From: Macrostomum lignano
Taxonomy: Eukaryota
Assembly: GCA_002269645.1 (NCBI GenBank)
Contig: NIVC01000284.1
Span: forward strand, 1-64,000
DNA: 64,000 nucleotides
Reading direction: 5' to 3'
Shown here in pieces: positions 34,049 to 46,612 of the stretch. Both the position numbers and the translations under genes were made by a program. The stretch's first letter is position 1. Each line of letters opens with the position of its first letter. The notes below the pieces were generated by a model. That model was not told the DNA's origin. It searched no databases and was given only the letters and a program-made list of their open reading frames with translations.

Positions 34049-35125
34049 CAAGTGCAGCCGCTCAGCCCTGAACTGGGCCATCCGCTCAGGCGAGAACTGA
34101 AAAGAGCGCCTGTGACCGGCCAGAATCAAGTTGATGTTATCAGTGATTAGCGGTACCATGGAGCCGGGCATTGTGGCAGCGGTAGGCGACCAGTGAGCGT
34201 AGAATTGCTCAATCCCAGTCAACAGTAAGTTAGTCACTTTTTCGTCAAACGTGGCCCGCTGTACAAAGGTGGTGAGAGCTTGAGTCAGGAGAGGACCAAC
34301 TAAACGTTGACAGTGTGAAGCCACTGACTCGCCAGTTTGTAATGCTGCTAAAGGCAAAACTTCTGGTAACAGAGATTTCTGTAGCCAGACCTTCTTCGGG
34401 GCTCGGCCTAATTCTTGCTGCTGTTGCTGCTGCTGCCGATGATGAGCATTAGGCTGTTGCTCAAATTGAACCTGTTCAGATTGATAATTATTTAAATTAT
34501 TGTATCCAGGCGGCTGGTCAAGTTCGAGAAAGTCAATCGCGGCACTGGCAGATCCGCCTCGTTGACGCTTCAGCGGAGGCGGCGGCTGCATTGGCGAGTA
34601 GCTGGCGAAGCTGTGCAAATCACTCGGCGGCGATCGTTTCAGATGACTGAAAGCTGGTCCAATGATACCATTGGCGCCAAGTCTACGACTGAGTTGCTGT
34701 TCGAATTCTTGACGCTTCTGCTCGATATAGAGCATCAGCTGACTGTCAGTTATAGAGGCGCTCGATATGTGCTGGTGGGAACTGCCGGGTGACGAAGAGA
34801 CTGCAGCTGCGCTAATAGTTACCGGACTGTGTCCGGGCAGGGGTATCTCATTCAAAATCGGCCCATTGTCCGGCACTTCAACAATACCGGTTGAGCAGTC
34901 AGTGCTAGACCCTACAGAGGAAGATGCGGCTGCCACAGGCTGATCGCGCGTACCTTTAGCCCGCCTGCCGAGCTTGGATCGTTCCCTACCCATATTAACT
35001 GCGCAACACTTTTTCAATCGGCACCACTGACAGGTGTTCCTAGTCTGCGGAGTCATCTCTATAGGAATGATGTGGCCGCACGAGCCGCCGAGATTGCGCG
35101 ATGACACAATTCGACGGAAGAAGCC
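34049..35125 (-). CDS. Nuclear receptor exon 2 (second half of the DBD, hinge, LBD helix 1)
   Basis: Acceptor AAACAG|GGC (phase 0). GFFRR..RNTCQWCRLKKC..MGRERSKLGRRAK. Donor TTG|GTGAGC. Confidence 0.9.
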
Positions 35126-36807
35126 CTGTTTAGTGGTGGCGGCAGTGATAAAATTAGCCAGTTATTAATTAATTAATTAATTACTATAATTAAAACATCT
35201 TACAAAGACAGACACGGTTTTAAACAATAGAGATTTAAAAAACGCATTTAAATAAAACCTAAATGTTATCGTCTGCAATTAACTTTACCCAAAAAGATCT
35301 AGCCACTATAATCATACTCTTCCTTAGCTTCGAGAACTAATAAGAACTTTTAGCTGTTTCTATTTTTAGCATCAAATTAGTTTTATTAACCGTCAATAAC
35401 AGCACGAATTTTCCCCGTGACCATCATATTTGAGTAAAGTACTTTTGGATAAGGAAGGGGGTCCCCGCCAAACAAGATTTGTCAACACTCTAAGTTAACG
35501 TTCTCTCTTTATATATATATATAGAACTCGAGTTGCAGACTAGACCAAGGCGTAGACAACTTTCGATCGCCTACCTAATCAACTTGGAACTTAAACAGTC
35601 GCAAGCAGAAAGACAGCAGTGACGGGCCGAAATCCGTTTATTCATTAGATTGTTAATTAATATCTTATTAATTTACAAAGGCTATGTAATATCGACTAAA
35701 GCGGAATTGGTAATGAATTAAATTCTGCTTCTAAAGGCGTACAAACGCAACTGGTAAGCATAACTACTTCTTTAAACTTATTTCAATAATTGATTTGTTC
35801 ATTAATGAGAGTAGGCCTAGCTATTGAGTTAAGAAAGGCTTGTGTTTTTTGACGCTGTTTTCTTTAGCCCGTGTTAAGCAAACTAGCATCTAGCTGACGA
35901 AGCAACCATCTGCTATTGGCTGGTTGTCTTATCCACATACTGGCTGAGCTGGGGTGTATTATAATGCCTATAATGGCCTGCTGGAGCTATAGGCTAGTCG
36001 ACAAGGAGCGAGGAGAAACATAGGAGGAGACTCGCTGGAAAACATTGGGATAGCCTAGGCCCTAGGCCAAGGGAATTGATAGGGAAAGCACTAAACAACT
36101 CTTAGATTAGTTATAGTTAGCCAATTCTATTCAATGCAATGCCAATTGAAAATGACTCTAGACTGCATCATTAGATTAGGCTTCATTAATTAATTATGAA
36201 AATATTTTGTAATTTCATCAATATTTTAGCTTGTCTTAGGCATAGCTATGAAGTTCTCTAGAATAGGGACTTTAAGCTTAGCTAATTCATTAGTTCTAAG
36301 CTTTAGCCAGTTAAGATTAGCCTTTAGGCGTCTGATTATATAATTATATTCTAATATAGCTACAATTATATAACTATACTACAAATAATTATGTATCATA
36401 TGGTCTGTTTTTATTTATCTATCCAATGGCTAAGCCTTTTAGCTTTGTTCTTTTTTAAATAATCAATAAAAAACCCAATAAGAACAAAAAATATAATAAA
36501 ATCAACTTTTTATTTGTTAGCATTGACTCAATTGTTAACAACTACTGTGACAGCTATAATCAAGACAAAGTTTTGGCCAAATCAAAGACCATAAATATTA
36601 AAACCTTTTTTTAATAAGCATTGATATAACTTTCGGATCTTAACCATGAGGAGACGCCATAATATACACTAGAGGGGGCGCCATAATATACACTAGAGGG
36701 ATGCCATAATATACATTAGAGGGGGCGCCATAATATACACTAGAGGGGGCGCCATAATATACACTAGAGGGATGCCATAATATACACTAGAGGGGCGCCA
36801 TAATATA

Positions 36808-39800
36808 CATACATGCGCAACTGCTGGCCGACCTGGCCGATCCGGCCACCGTAAATCGTGGCTGACCAGGGGTAAGTCGCAAAATTGAGTCAACCAAAAA
36901 CCGAAAAACACAAGAACCAAGAAAGGCAAGAGGAAAGCGAAAGAAAGAGCAGTTCAGGGAAAATGGTGAAGCAAAAGAAAAACAATTCGCAAAAGAAGCA
37001 AGCTAAGTTGTAAAAATAATCAGGTAAGTCGCAAAAAGGATTAGGTAAGTCGCAAAAGAAGCAAACTAAGTCGCAAAAAGGATCAGGTAAGTCGCAAAAA
37101 GGATCAGGTAAGTCGCAAAAAGGATTAGGTAAGTCGCAAAAAGGATCAGGTAAGTCGCAAAAAGGATCAGGTAAGTCGAAAAAAGGATCAGGTAAGTCGC
37201 AAAAAGGATCAGGTAAGTCGCAAAAAGGATTAGGTAAGTCGCAAAAAGGATCAGGTAAGTCGCAAAAGGGTTAGGTAAGTCGCAAAAAGGATTAGGTAAG
37301 TCGCAAAAAGGATTAGGTAAGTCGCAAAAGGGTTAGGTAAGTTGCAAAAAGGATTAAGTAAGTTGCAAAAAGGATTAGGTAAGTCGCAAAAAGGATTAGG
37401 TAAGTCGCAAAAGGATTAGGTAAGTCGCAAAAAGGATTAGGTAAGTCGCAAAAAGGATTAGGTAAGTCGCAAAAGGATTAGGTAAGTCGCAAAAAGGATT
37501 AGGTAAGTCGCAAAAAGGATTAAGTAAGTCGCAAAAAGGATTAGGTAAGTCGCAAAAGGGTTAGGTAAGTCGCAAAAAGGATTAGGTAAGTCGCAAAAAG
37601 GATTAGGTAAGTCGCAAAAGGATTAGGTAAGTCGCAAAAAGGATTAGGTAAGTCGCAAAAAGGATTAGGTAAGTCGCAAAAGGGTTAGGTAAGTCGCAAA
37701 AAGGATTAGGTAAGTCGCAAAAAGGATTAGGTAAGTCGCAAAAGGATTAGGTAAGTCGCAAAAGGATTAGGTAAGTCGCAAAAAGGATTAGGTAAGTCGC
37801 AAAAAGGATTAGGTAAGTCGCAAAAGGGTTAGGTAAGTCGCAAAAGGATTAGGTAAGTCGCAAAAAGGATTAAGTAAGTCGCAAAAAGGATTAGGTAAGT
37901 CGCAAAAGGGTTAGGTAAGTCGCAAAAAGGATTAGGTAAGTCGCAAAAAGGATTAGGTAAGTCGCAAAAGGATTAGGTAAGTCGCAAAAAGGATTAGGTA
38001 AGTCGCAAAAAGGATTAGGTAAGTCGCAAAAGGATTAGGTAAGTCGCAAAAAGGATTAGGTAAGTCGCAAAAAGGATTAGGTAAGTCGCAAAAAGAAGCA
38101 ACTAAGTCGCAATAAGAGGGAAGTAAGTCACAATCAGAGGCAATCAGGGGGTAGTAGGTGCAAGTGTGGCAGGAGAGCAAAAACAGAATAGAAGCCTTCA
38201 ACCACAGACAAGATCTTTGAAATCAGAAGCCCGCGTCAACAGTTTCCCATTGATTTCTTAAACTCTGGAGCAGGGGTCGGCAAACTCCGGCTCGCGAAGC
38301 CCCTCTATCTGGCCCTCGCCCCTCGGGTTCTTTGAAACTTCCTAACTAGCAAGGTTGGTGTCTCTTTAACTCTCATCTCTCTCTTCTTCTCTACCTTGCC
38401 TCCCCTCTTCTCTCTCTCCCCCTTTTCCCTCTTCTCTCTCCTCTCATTTTTACTCTCCTCTCTTCTCCCCCTTTCTCTACCCTTTCTCCTCAATGCCCTC
38501 TTCTCTCCTCTTATCTTCAGCAAAAATATGTGCATATTTTCTTACTTCAAAGTAGAGGGAATAGAAGATTAGAGATAAGCAAACAGAGGAGAGGCGAGCG
38601 TTCCCGTTGAATTTTGAGTTTTTAAAGTAGGCATGAAAGGTGAAGAGTTTTGCACCTTCTGCCTCACTTTCGCCTCTTTTATGCCTATTTTGTGCCACTT
38701 GTGCACCGCGTGTTCACCTGAGTGCCTCTGCAGGGTCAGAAGGTGAATATAAGGCACGAAATAGGTGGTAGGGGCACAGGTGTCATAGGGGAGTTTGGTG
38801 TATTAAAGGTGCACAGTGTGCATTAGAGGCACAAAAGGTGAACAAAGTAGGAATTGGGGGCATTGGTGGAGTGAAAGGTGAAAAAGGTGCGCTGTGGTGG
38901 AGGTGCATAAAAAGTGTACAGTGTGCATTGGAGGCACAAAAGGTGAACAAACGGTGCACAGTGGGCACTTTAGGTGTAGAGGCAATGCAAGGGGCGTTCC
39001 AACTTGCGAAAGTTCTTTGCTACTTTTTCTTATTATTCTTTAAACAGATTCAAAGCTTTTCATCACTTTTCGGAACTTTTCCTGAGTATTTGAAAGTTAT
39101 TAAAACTTATCAGTACAGGAAATGCTTACTTTTGTGGTTAGTCAGGATCAGGAAGGGGATAGCAGCAATTAGTATAGGTGTAAATAAAGCTTTTCTATGT
39201 TCGATCTGTGCGTGCAATGTACGAGTATGTAACTCTCAGTTAATTTTTTGTTACTGATTATTAATGCGTTAATTCGTGCATAGGCATGAAAGGCGAGCGA
39301 GGTGCACAGAAGAGGCACTTTGGGGTCCACTTCGAGCGTGTTTTGGAAATGCACCTGTATACATATTTACGCTGCAACATGTACACCTTATGCACCTCTA
39401 ATTTACCTTTTGTGCACTTTCTGCGCCCCTTCAGCACCTTTACTGCCCCTACCGCCGCAGCCAATCAAAATTGAGAATTCACCTACTGCCTGACCACTTC
39501 ACCGATTTTACACCTTTCATGCCTCTTTTCAAAAATATTGGTGACATTTAGGCATAAAAGGTGCACTCAGGTGCATTTCCAAAACACACACGAAACAGGC
39601 CACCAAAGCGCCTCTCTTGTGCACCTCGCTCACCTTTTGTGCCTCTGCAGGTGCATAACTTTTCCAACGGGGTTGCGATGGGAGAAAAGATAGAAGAGGA
39701 GAGGAAAGCTGAGGGAGGAAAAAGAGATGAGAGAGAAGAGGAGATTAGAGGAAAGAGGAAAGAAAAGATGATGGATGAGATCAGAAGAGAGAAAAGAGGA

Positions 39801-40694
39801 AAGAGGAGAGAGTAGATGAGAGAAGAGAGGATAAAGAGGAGATGAGAGGAGAGTGAAGAGAGGAGAGATGAGAGAGTAGAGAAGAGAGGAGAGATAAGAT
39901 GAGAGAGTAGAGTGGAGAGAGACGAGAGGGAAGATAAGATGAGAGAGTAGAGTGGAATGGAGAGAGACGAGAAGAGAGATAAGAATGTAGAGAGGAGACA
40001 GAAGAGATAGGAGAGGAGAGGAAAGAGAGGAGAGAGGAGAGGAAAGAGAGAAGGGATAAGGGATGAGAGAGAAAAGAAAAAGAGGATGAGAAGATTGAGG
40101 AATGGAGAGAATTTGCAAAGGCCTCAAATCTTAGTTTAACATGCATTACTCCCATCTTTGCCTTTTTCCTAAATGTTAACAAGTTTTTGTTTGAGCATGA
40201 CTTCAAATTTAGAATCTATGCAAAAATAGTTCCGGGAATTAGAATTCAGTGGTTTAAAAATCTGTGGGTTTTCACAGCTTGTATCTCTACTGGATTCGTA
40301 TTCTGCATCTGATGAGCCATCTGAATCAGGGCTCTCATCTTCCATGCCAAATCGTCTAGCAAATCGTTCTTGAGCTATAGGTCACACTGTATTCACTTCA
40401 CTTACTTCTGGACATTCATGAATCATGACTTTTGTAGTATGCTCACTACACTGTACTGACAATTTACTAATTGCTTCATGCCGCCACTAGATGACATACT
40501 GATTAGCTGTTATAAAAACGCGAAATCTGCACGCAGCACTAATTAGCTGGCGAGGCATTTAGCTTTAAAAATATGGTCATAGTTACTCCTGCCGTTTACC
40601 TAAGTTTTTGCTTGGCTCTTTCATAGGTAAGTCGCATTTTTTATCGAAAACTAAGTCGCACGGCCAGCGTAATTTCAGAAGTTGCGCATGTATG
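36808..40694. mobile_element. Non-autonomous hAT-type element, about 3.9 kb
   Basis: 14-bp TIR CATACATGCGCAAC / GTTGCGCATGTATG and 8-bp TSD ATAATATA (36800-36807, 40695-40702). No transposase ORF. Confidence 0.88.
37020..38112. repeat. 21-22-bp tandem repeat (AGGTAAGTCGCAAAAAGGATT) inside the hAT element
   Basis: Direct periodicity. The TAAGTCGCA core is also found near both element ends. Confidence 0.96.
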
Positions 40695-41366
40695 ATAATA
40701 TACACTAGAGGGGGCGCCATAATATACACTAGAGGTGCGCCATAATATACACTAGAGGGGACGCCATAATATACACTAGAGGGGCACCATAATATACACT
40801 AGAGGGGCACCATAATATACACTAGAGGGGACGCCATAATATACACTAGAGGTGCGCCATAATATACACTAGAGGGGACGCCATAATATACACTAGAGGT
40901 GCGCCATAATATACACTAGAGGGGACGCCATAATATACACTAGAGGGGACGCCATAATATACACTAGAGGGGCGCCATAATATACACTAGAGGGGCGCCA
41001 TAATATACACTAGAGGGGGCGCCATAATATACACTGGAGGGATGCCATAATATACACTAGAGGGATGCCATAATATACACTAGAGGGATGCTATAATATA
41101 CACTAGAGGGATGCTATAATATACACTAGAAGAGTACCAGAATAGACACTAGAAGAGTGCCAGAATAGACACTAGAAGAGTGCCAGAATATACACTAGAA
41201 GAGTGCCAGAATATACACTAGAAGAGTGCAAGAATATATACTAGAAGAGTGCAAGAATATATACTAGAAGAGTGCCAGAATATACACTAGAAGAGTGCCA
41301 GAATATACACTAGAAGAGTGCCAGAATATACACTAGAAGAGTGCAAGAATATATACTAGAAGAGTG

Positions 41367-41665
41367 CATACATGCGCAACAGTCGGCCGAGTCGGCCGAT
41401 CCGGCCGACCGACTTGGCGGCCAACCAAGGAAGTCGCAAAAATGCCCACCCAAAAAAATAATCAAGTAGTAGTACTAAGTAGCTGACGAGGCATTTTGGC
41501 TTAATAAGACAGTCATAGTTACTCCTGCCGTTTACCCAAAGTTGCGTTAATTTTGCTTTAGGGTTTTTTTTACATGTAAGTCGCATTTTTGGCCAAAAAC
41601 TACGTCGCATTTTTGTTAAAACTAAGTCGCATGGCCGACCGAATTTCAGAGGTTGCGCATGTATG
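41367..41665. mobile_element. 299-bp hAT MITE, same family as 36808-40694
   Basis: Identical 14-bp TIRs, 8-bp TSD GAAGAGTG on both sides, and internal AAGTCGCA motifs. Confidence 0.92.
41474..41537 (-). other. Diverged 28S rRNA-like fragment (H69-H71 / R2 target region) inside the MITE
   Basis: The reverse complement GGGTAAACGGCAGGAGTAACTATGACTGTCTTATTAAGCCAAAATGCCTCGTCAGCTACTTAGT compares with 28S GGGTAAACGGCGGGAGTAACTATGACTCTCTTAAGGTAGCCAAATGCCTCGTCATCTAATTAGT (recalled). Confidence 0.8.
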
Positions 41666-44234
41666 GAAGAGTGCCTGAATATACACTAGGAAGGGGTGCC
41701 ATAATATACACTAGAAGAGTGCCAGAATATACACTAGAAGAGTGCCAGAATATACACTAGAAGAGTGCAAGAATATATACTAGAAGAGTGCAAGAATATA
41801 TACTAGAAGAGTGCCAGAATATACACTAGAAGAGTGCCAGAATATACACTAGAAGAGTGCCAGAATATACACTAGAAGAGTGCAAGAATATATACTAGAA
41901 GAGTGCAAGAATATATACTAGAAGAGTGCAAGAATATATACTAGAAGAGTGCCAGAATATACACTAGAAGAGTGCCAGAATATACACTAGAAGAGTGCCA
42001 GAATATACACTAGAAGAGTGCCAGAATATACACTAGAAGAGTGCAAGAATATATACTAGAAGAGTGCAAGAATATATACTAGAAGAGTGCAAGAATATAT
42101 ACTAGAAGAGTGCCAGAATATACACTAGAAGAGTGCCAGAATATACACTAGAAGAGTGCCAGAATATACACTAGAAGAGTGCCAGAATATACACTAGAAG
42201 AGTGCCAGAATATACACTAGAGGGGCGCCATAAACACTAGTAGGACGCTTAATAATGAAATTAATATATTAAAGGGGTATTATATCTATAAAGATAAAAC
42301 TAATGATAGTAAAGACCTTTTTAGGGCAAAAGAAAAGAGCTCCATCATTGCTAGCCATAAAATAGGGGGCAGCTGCCCCTCACTCCCTCTAAATCTGCCA
42401 TTGCTACAAAATGATGACTACAAAACCAAAGATCTTATAAGACTCGCCTAACTAAAAAAGTTAAAGTGAACATTTTTTATCCCAACAAGTGATAGCTATT
42501 ATCCAATTCTAGCCATAAGTCTATATTCCCTGCTTTTTGTGACTCTGTTACACACATTGCATTTCCCATAGCTAGTTGAGATAAGATGTTGAGAACTAAC
42601 TGCTGGCATGTGGTAGGAACTAAATTGAACTTGAATTGGTTTTGGTATAAAAACTTTTTTTTAAATATATTATAGAGTATATATTATTAATTGCTATTTA
42701 ATATAATTATCTTTCTTTAGCTATGCATGCTATTAAAATCAATGGCAAGCCAAATATTTTTCCTAGGGCGGGGGTCTACCAATGAACTTAAGTTCTGAAG
42801 ATAACTTTAGGCAATATAACTACAAAAAGGCAAACATTTTTTTCTATTTCCCAGGATGCTTACAACCCTCCCTATATCTTCTTAGTTTCCTCTTTAGATC
42901 TACCAATAATTAAAATAATATGTTCAGTTTGTTATAATTCCTAATTTTTGTTCTCAAAATCTATTTTTAGTTATTTTGCCAAAATTCTATTTATTTTTAC
43001 TTCTATAGCTATTATTAGAAATTTGTAGAAATGTGCTACAAGCATAGAGCTAACTAGGCCTAGTCTTGTGCATTAGCATCTCAAGCACTTCTCATATAAA
43101 CTTAAGCTAGCAAAACCTATATAATGTAGATTTCACAGATGCTTATTGCCTTTCACCCCCAGTTTAAACCCTCAAACTCCACACAGAACCCCTACCCCAC
43201 CCGCCTGCCACCCATTTTTATGACCTTCCTTGGTTGTTCCAATCTAAATCAGCCATGTACATTTAAGTGGCTAATGTACATTATGGCTAAACCAATTAGC
43301 AAGCTGTTTTCATCTGCAAGCTTGGGCTTCTAAACTTTCAAAGTCATTTTAGCTGCTTTTATTTTTATAAAAAAAACTTATGCATTCCTCATTGCTGCTG
43401 AATTGAAAGTAGAAAACTGTTTTACTAAGTATATGTGCCTGAGTGGCCCATCCAGTCATTTTAATATCTATTGTAGATTTTAGCTATTAGTAATGACAAG
43501 ATGGTAGTAAGCAATAGAAAGCAGGTGCAAGTAAGTCTCACTATTTACTATTAATCAATTATAGTACTTTTATTATTTTTATTAGTTCCACTCAGGGAGA
43601 TTCACTATCTATTTTATTCTATCATCTGATAACACATTTTTCTTAAACTTATTGCTAGGGTCTATTATTTTGAAAAAAATCTATTCATCTCACTAGCTTA
43701 TTTATAGATTTAATTAGTATGTTAAGTGATAAGACTGAAGCCCTTATTATTAACAATTATTAGGCTAAAAGGATCAGTTTAAAATCTCTAAAATCTCTAA
43801 TATCAGTATAAAATTTATAGAGATTAATATCTTTACTGATGTACTTTTTGTGGATTCTAGTTGCTGGTTGGGCAATAAGTCATATTCAAGTTCAAAATAA
43901 ACACTTTTTATTGAAAATTGAAAATTATTAATTGCACCCATTTTGCTTGTAATTTTTAGGCCGATATATCTAATTGAGCAGAATGGAGTTTGCCTGCAAT
44001 GTACAGCAAAAGCAGAATTCATATACACTTCACTGGTAAGCTTAGCTTTATTTAAATGTATTTGCTTGTTCAATAACACTGTGGCATTAATATTTTTACT
44101 GGAAAAAATTGTTACAAATGTATGTCCAAGTTTGTCCCACAAGTCATTTTTACTTTTAACAAATGTTTCAATTATGAAGAAAGTTAAATAATCAATTAAG
44201 TAATTATTTAGATAATTTATTACTCTAATACTAT

Positions 44235-44735
44235 CTGTAGGTATGTCAAAACCCTATGTATTCTCTGTATGTGGGTCAGGACCCTATATATTCTCTTTAA
44301 GTGGGTCAGGACCCTATATATTCTCTGTAGGTGGGTCAGGACCCTATATAATCGTTTTAGGTGGGTCAGGACCCTATATAATCGTTTTAGGTTGGTCAGG
44401 ACCCTATATAATCGTTTTAGGTGGGTCAGGAACCTATATATTTTTTGAAGGTGGGTCAGGACCCAATGTATTGTATTCTCTGTATGTGTACCCTGTATAT
44501 TCGTTTTAGGTGGGTCAGGACCCCGTGTATTCGTTTTAGGCGGGTCAAGACCCTGTATATTCGTTTTAGGTGGGTCAAGACCCAATATTCTTTTTAGTGG
44601 GTCAACACCCCGTATATTCGTTTTAGTGGGTCAAGACCCCGTATATTCGTTTTAGGCGGGTCAAGACCCTGTATATTCGTTTTAGGTGGGTCAAGACCCT
44701 GTATATTCGTTTTAGGTGGGTTAAGACCCTTATAT
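44235..44735. repeat. About 30-bp degenerate minisatellite (GGGTCAGGACCCTATATATTCGTTTTAGGT)
   Basis: Direct periodicity. Confidence 0.9.
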
Positions 44736-45240
44736 ATAAATTTGTAGGTGGTTCGATGTGGGACCTTTATACGCTCGTAAATGGGGCATTACAAAAGCTT
44801 TTAGCCACGCGCGAGAGCAGAAGCAGTTATGCTGGCGAAATTTCACAGCTTTTTAAAATAGTCTCCACAGGCCTCTATGCAGCGCATTATTTTCCCAAAC
44901 CAAGCACTGAAGCAGCTGCGCCACTCAAAAGCAGAAAGGCGGACAACCCATCCAGTGCCTCATCGCCTTCTTCTGTGGTCGAAAAACGCCGTCCACGCAG
45001 CGAATCTTTGATGTTTGGAAACAAAAAAACAGAAAAAAAGTCACAGGGTGCCTGATCGGGTTAGTAAGGTGGATGGCTGGTCAGCTGCTCAAGCCACCTG
45101 TCATCTTCAACCAGCTACAGACCACTGTTTTGCGTGTTGTGGCAATGGGCAGGTCGATCCTGTCCTCTCCTTGTTTTTCAAGGAGTCCCGGCCGCGAACG
45201 AAACCAAGGACTACTCAAGTAGATGTAGATCGTAGAATGA

Positions 45241-45440
45241 CGGGAAAGTCGGGAGTTCGATTCCCGATCCCACTTAGAACAATTTGTGTCCTTAAGCAAG
45301 ACACTTAACACTGCATTGCTTCAGTTCACCCACGCCACACACACCCTCAATTACCCCAGCTAATGCTGACACCCATTTTACAGCTGGGTGTCGGCGACCC
45401 CCCCCCACCCAGTCATTGGACTGAACAGCCGTACGCAGCC
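45241..45440 (+). mobile_element. tRNA-derived SINE copy with an internal 58-bp inversion
   Basis: B box GTTCGATTCC, GTGTCCTTAAGCAAGACACTTAAC core and 3' part GGACTGAACAGCCGTACGCAGCC. The middle segment is reversed relative to the copy at 13 kb. Confidence 0.75.
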
Positions 45441-45715
45441 TTCAGATGCGCCGCGCAATAGCTGCGGCTGAGCTGTCGGTTGCACATCTGCTCATCGTAC
45501 TTCCAGGAAGTAGCTTCCAGGAGCTTCCATTGAGGGCTTGACACCTATGAAACCCAGAGTCTATGGAACGGTGCACAACAAGTCCCAGAGTGTTGAATGT
45601 ATCTCAACTCTCACCTCGTTAATTAATTAATTTGGGGCTTGTGCACGAACATAAATTCTCGCCAATGAAGGCCAACTTAAAGGCACAGTTACTTCAGTAG
45701 TATCTGAATACTACT

Positions 45716-46612
45716 CCCCCACTAGACTTACTAATGCCAGGGGTGTGGGGGGCCCGGCGAGCCCCCACTAGTAGCCTAACTAATGCCAGGGTGTGGGGGC
45801 AGCGAGCTCCCCACTAGTAGCCTAACTAATGCCAGGGGTGTGGGGGGCAGCGAGCTCCCCACTAGTAGCCTAACTAATGCCAGGGGTGTGGGGGGCAGCG
45901 AGCTCCCCACTAGTAGCCTAACTAATGCCAGGGGTGTGGGGGGCAGCGAGCCCCCCACTAGTAGCCTAACTAATGCCAGGGGTGTGGGGGGCAGCGAGCT
46001 CCCCACTAGTAGCCTAACTAATGCCAGGGGTGTGGGGGGCAGCGAGCTCCCCACTAGTAGCCTAACTAATGCCAGGGGTGTGGGGGCAGCGAGCTCCCCA
46101 CTAGTAGCCTAACTAATGCCAGGGGTGTGGGGGGCAGCGAGCCCCCCACTAGTAGCCTAACTAATGCCAGGGGTGTGGGGGGCAGCGAGCTCCCCACTAG
46201 TAGCCTAACTAATGCCAGGGGTGTGGGGGGGGCCCGGCGAGCCCCCCACTAGTAGCCTAACTAATGCCAGGGGTGTGGTGGGGGGGGGGGCCCGGCGAGC
46301 CCCCCACTAGTAGCCTAACTAATGCCAGGGGTGTGGGGGGGGGCCCGGCGAGCCCCCCACTAGTAGCCTAACTAATGCCAGGGGTGTGGGGGGGCCCGGC
46401 GAGCCCCCCACTAGTAGCCTAACTAATGCCAGGGGTGTGGGGGGGCCCGGCGAGCCCCCCACTAGTAGCCTAACTAATGCCAGGGGTGTGGGGGGCAGCG
46501 AGCTCCCCACTAGTAGCCTAACTAATGCCAGGGGTGTGGGGGGGGGCGGCGAGCTCCCCACTAGTAGCCTAACTAATGCCAGGGGTGTGGGGGCGGCGAG
46601 CCCCCCACTACA
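45716..46612. repeat. About 48-bp minisatellite (CCCCACTAGTAGCCTAACTAATGCCAGGGGTGTGGGGGGCAGCGAGCT)
   Basis: Direct periodicity. Confidence 0.95.

Larger units (their letters stand above)
36650..42240. repeat. 23-24-bp minisatellite (CCATAATATACACTAGAGGGGCG grading to CCAGAATATACACTAGAAGAGTG), interrupted by two hAT elements
   Basis: Blocks at 36650-36807, 40695-41366 and 41666-42240. Confidence 0.92.

Noticed and set aside
40537-41537. Calling the 28S-like segments rRNA genes
   Set aside because: Only about 64 nt match, stems are broken, and no adjacent rDNA sequence is present.
44756-45311. 99-aa and neighbouring ORFs as a nested gene in the receptor intron
   Set aside because: No recognisable domain, the frames are inconsistent, and they run into a SINE.
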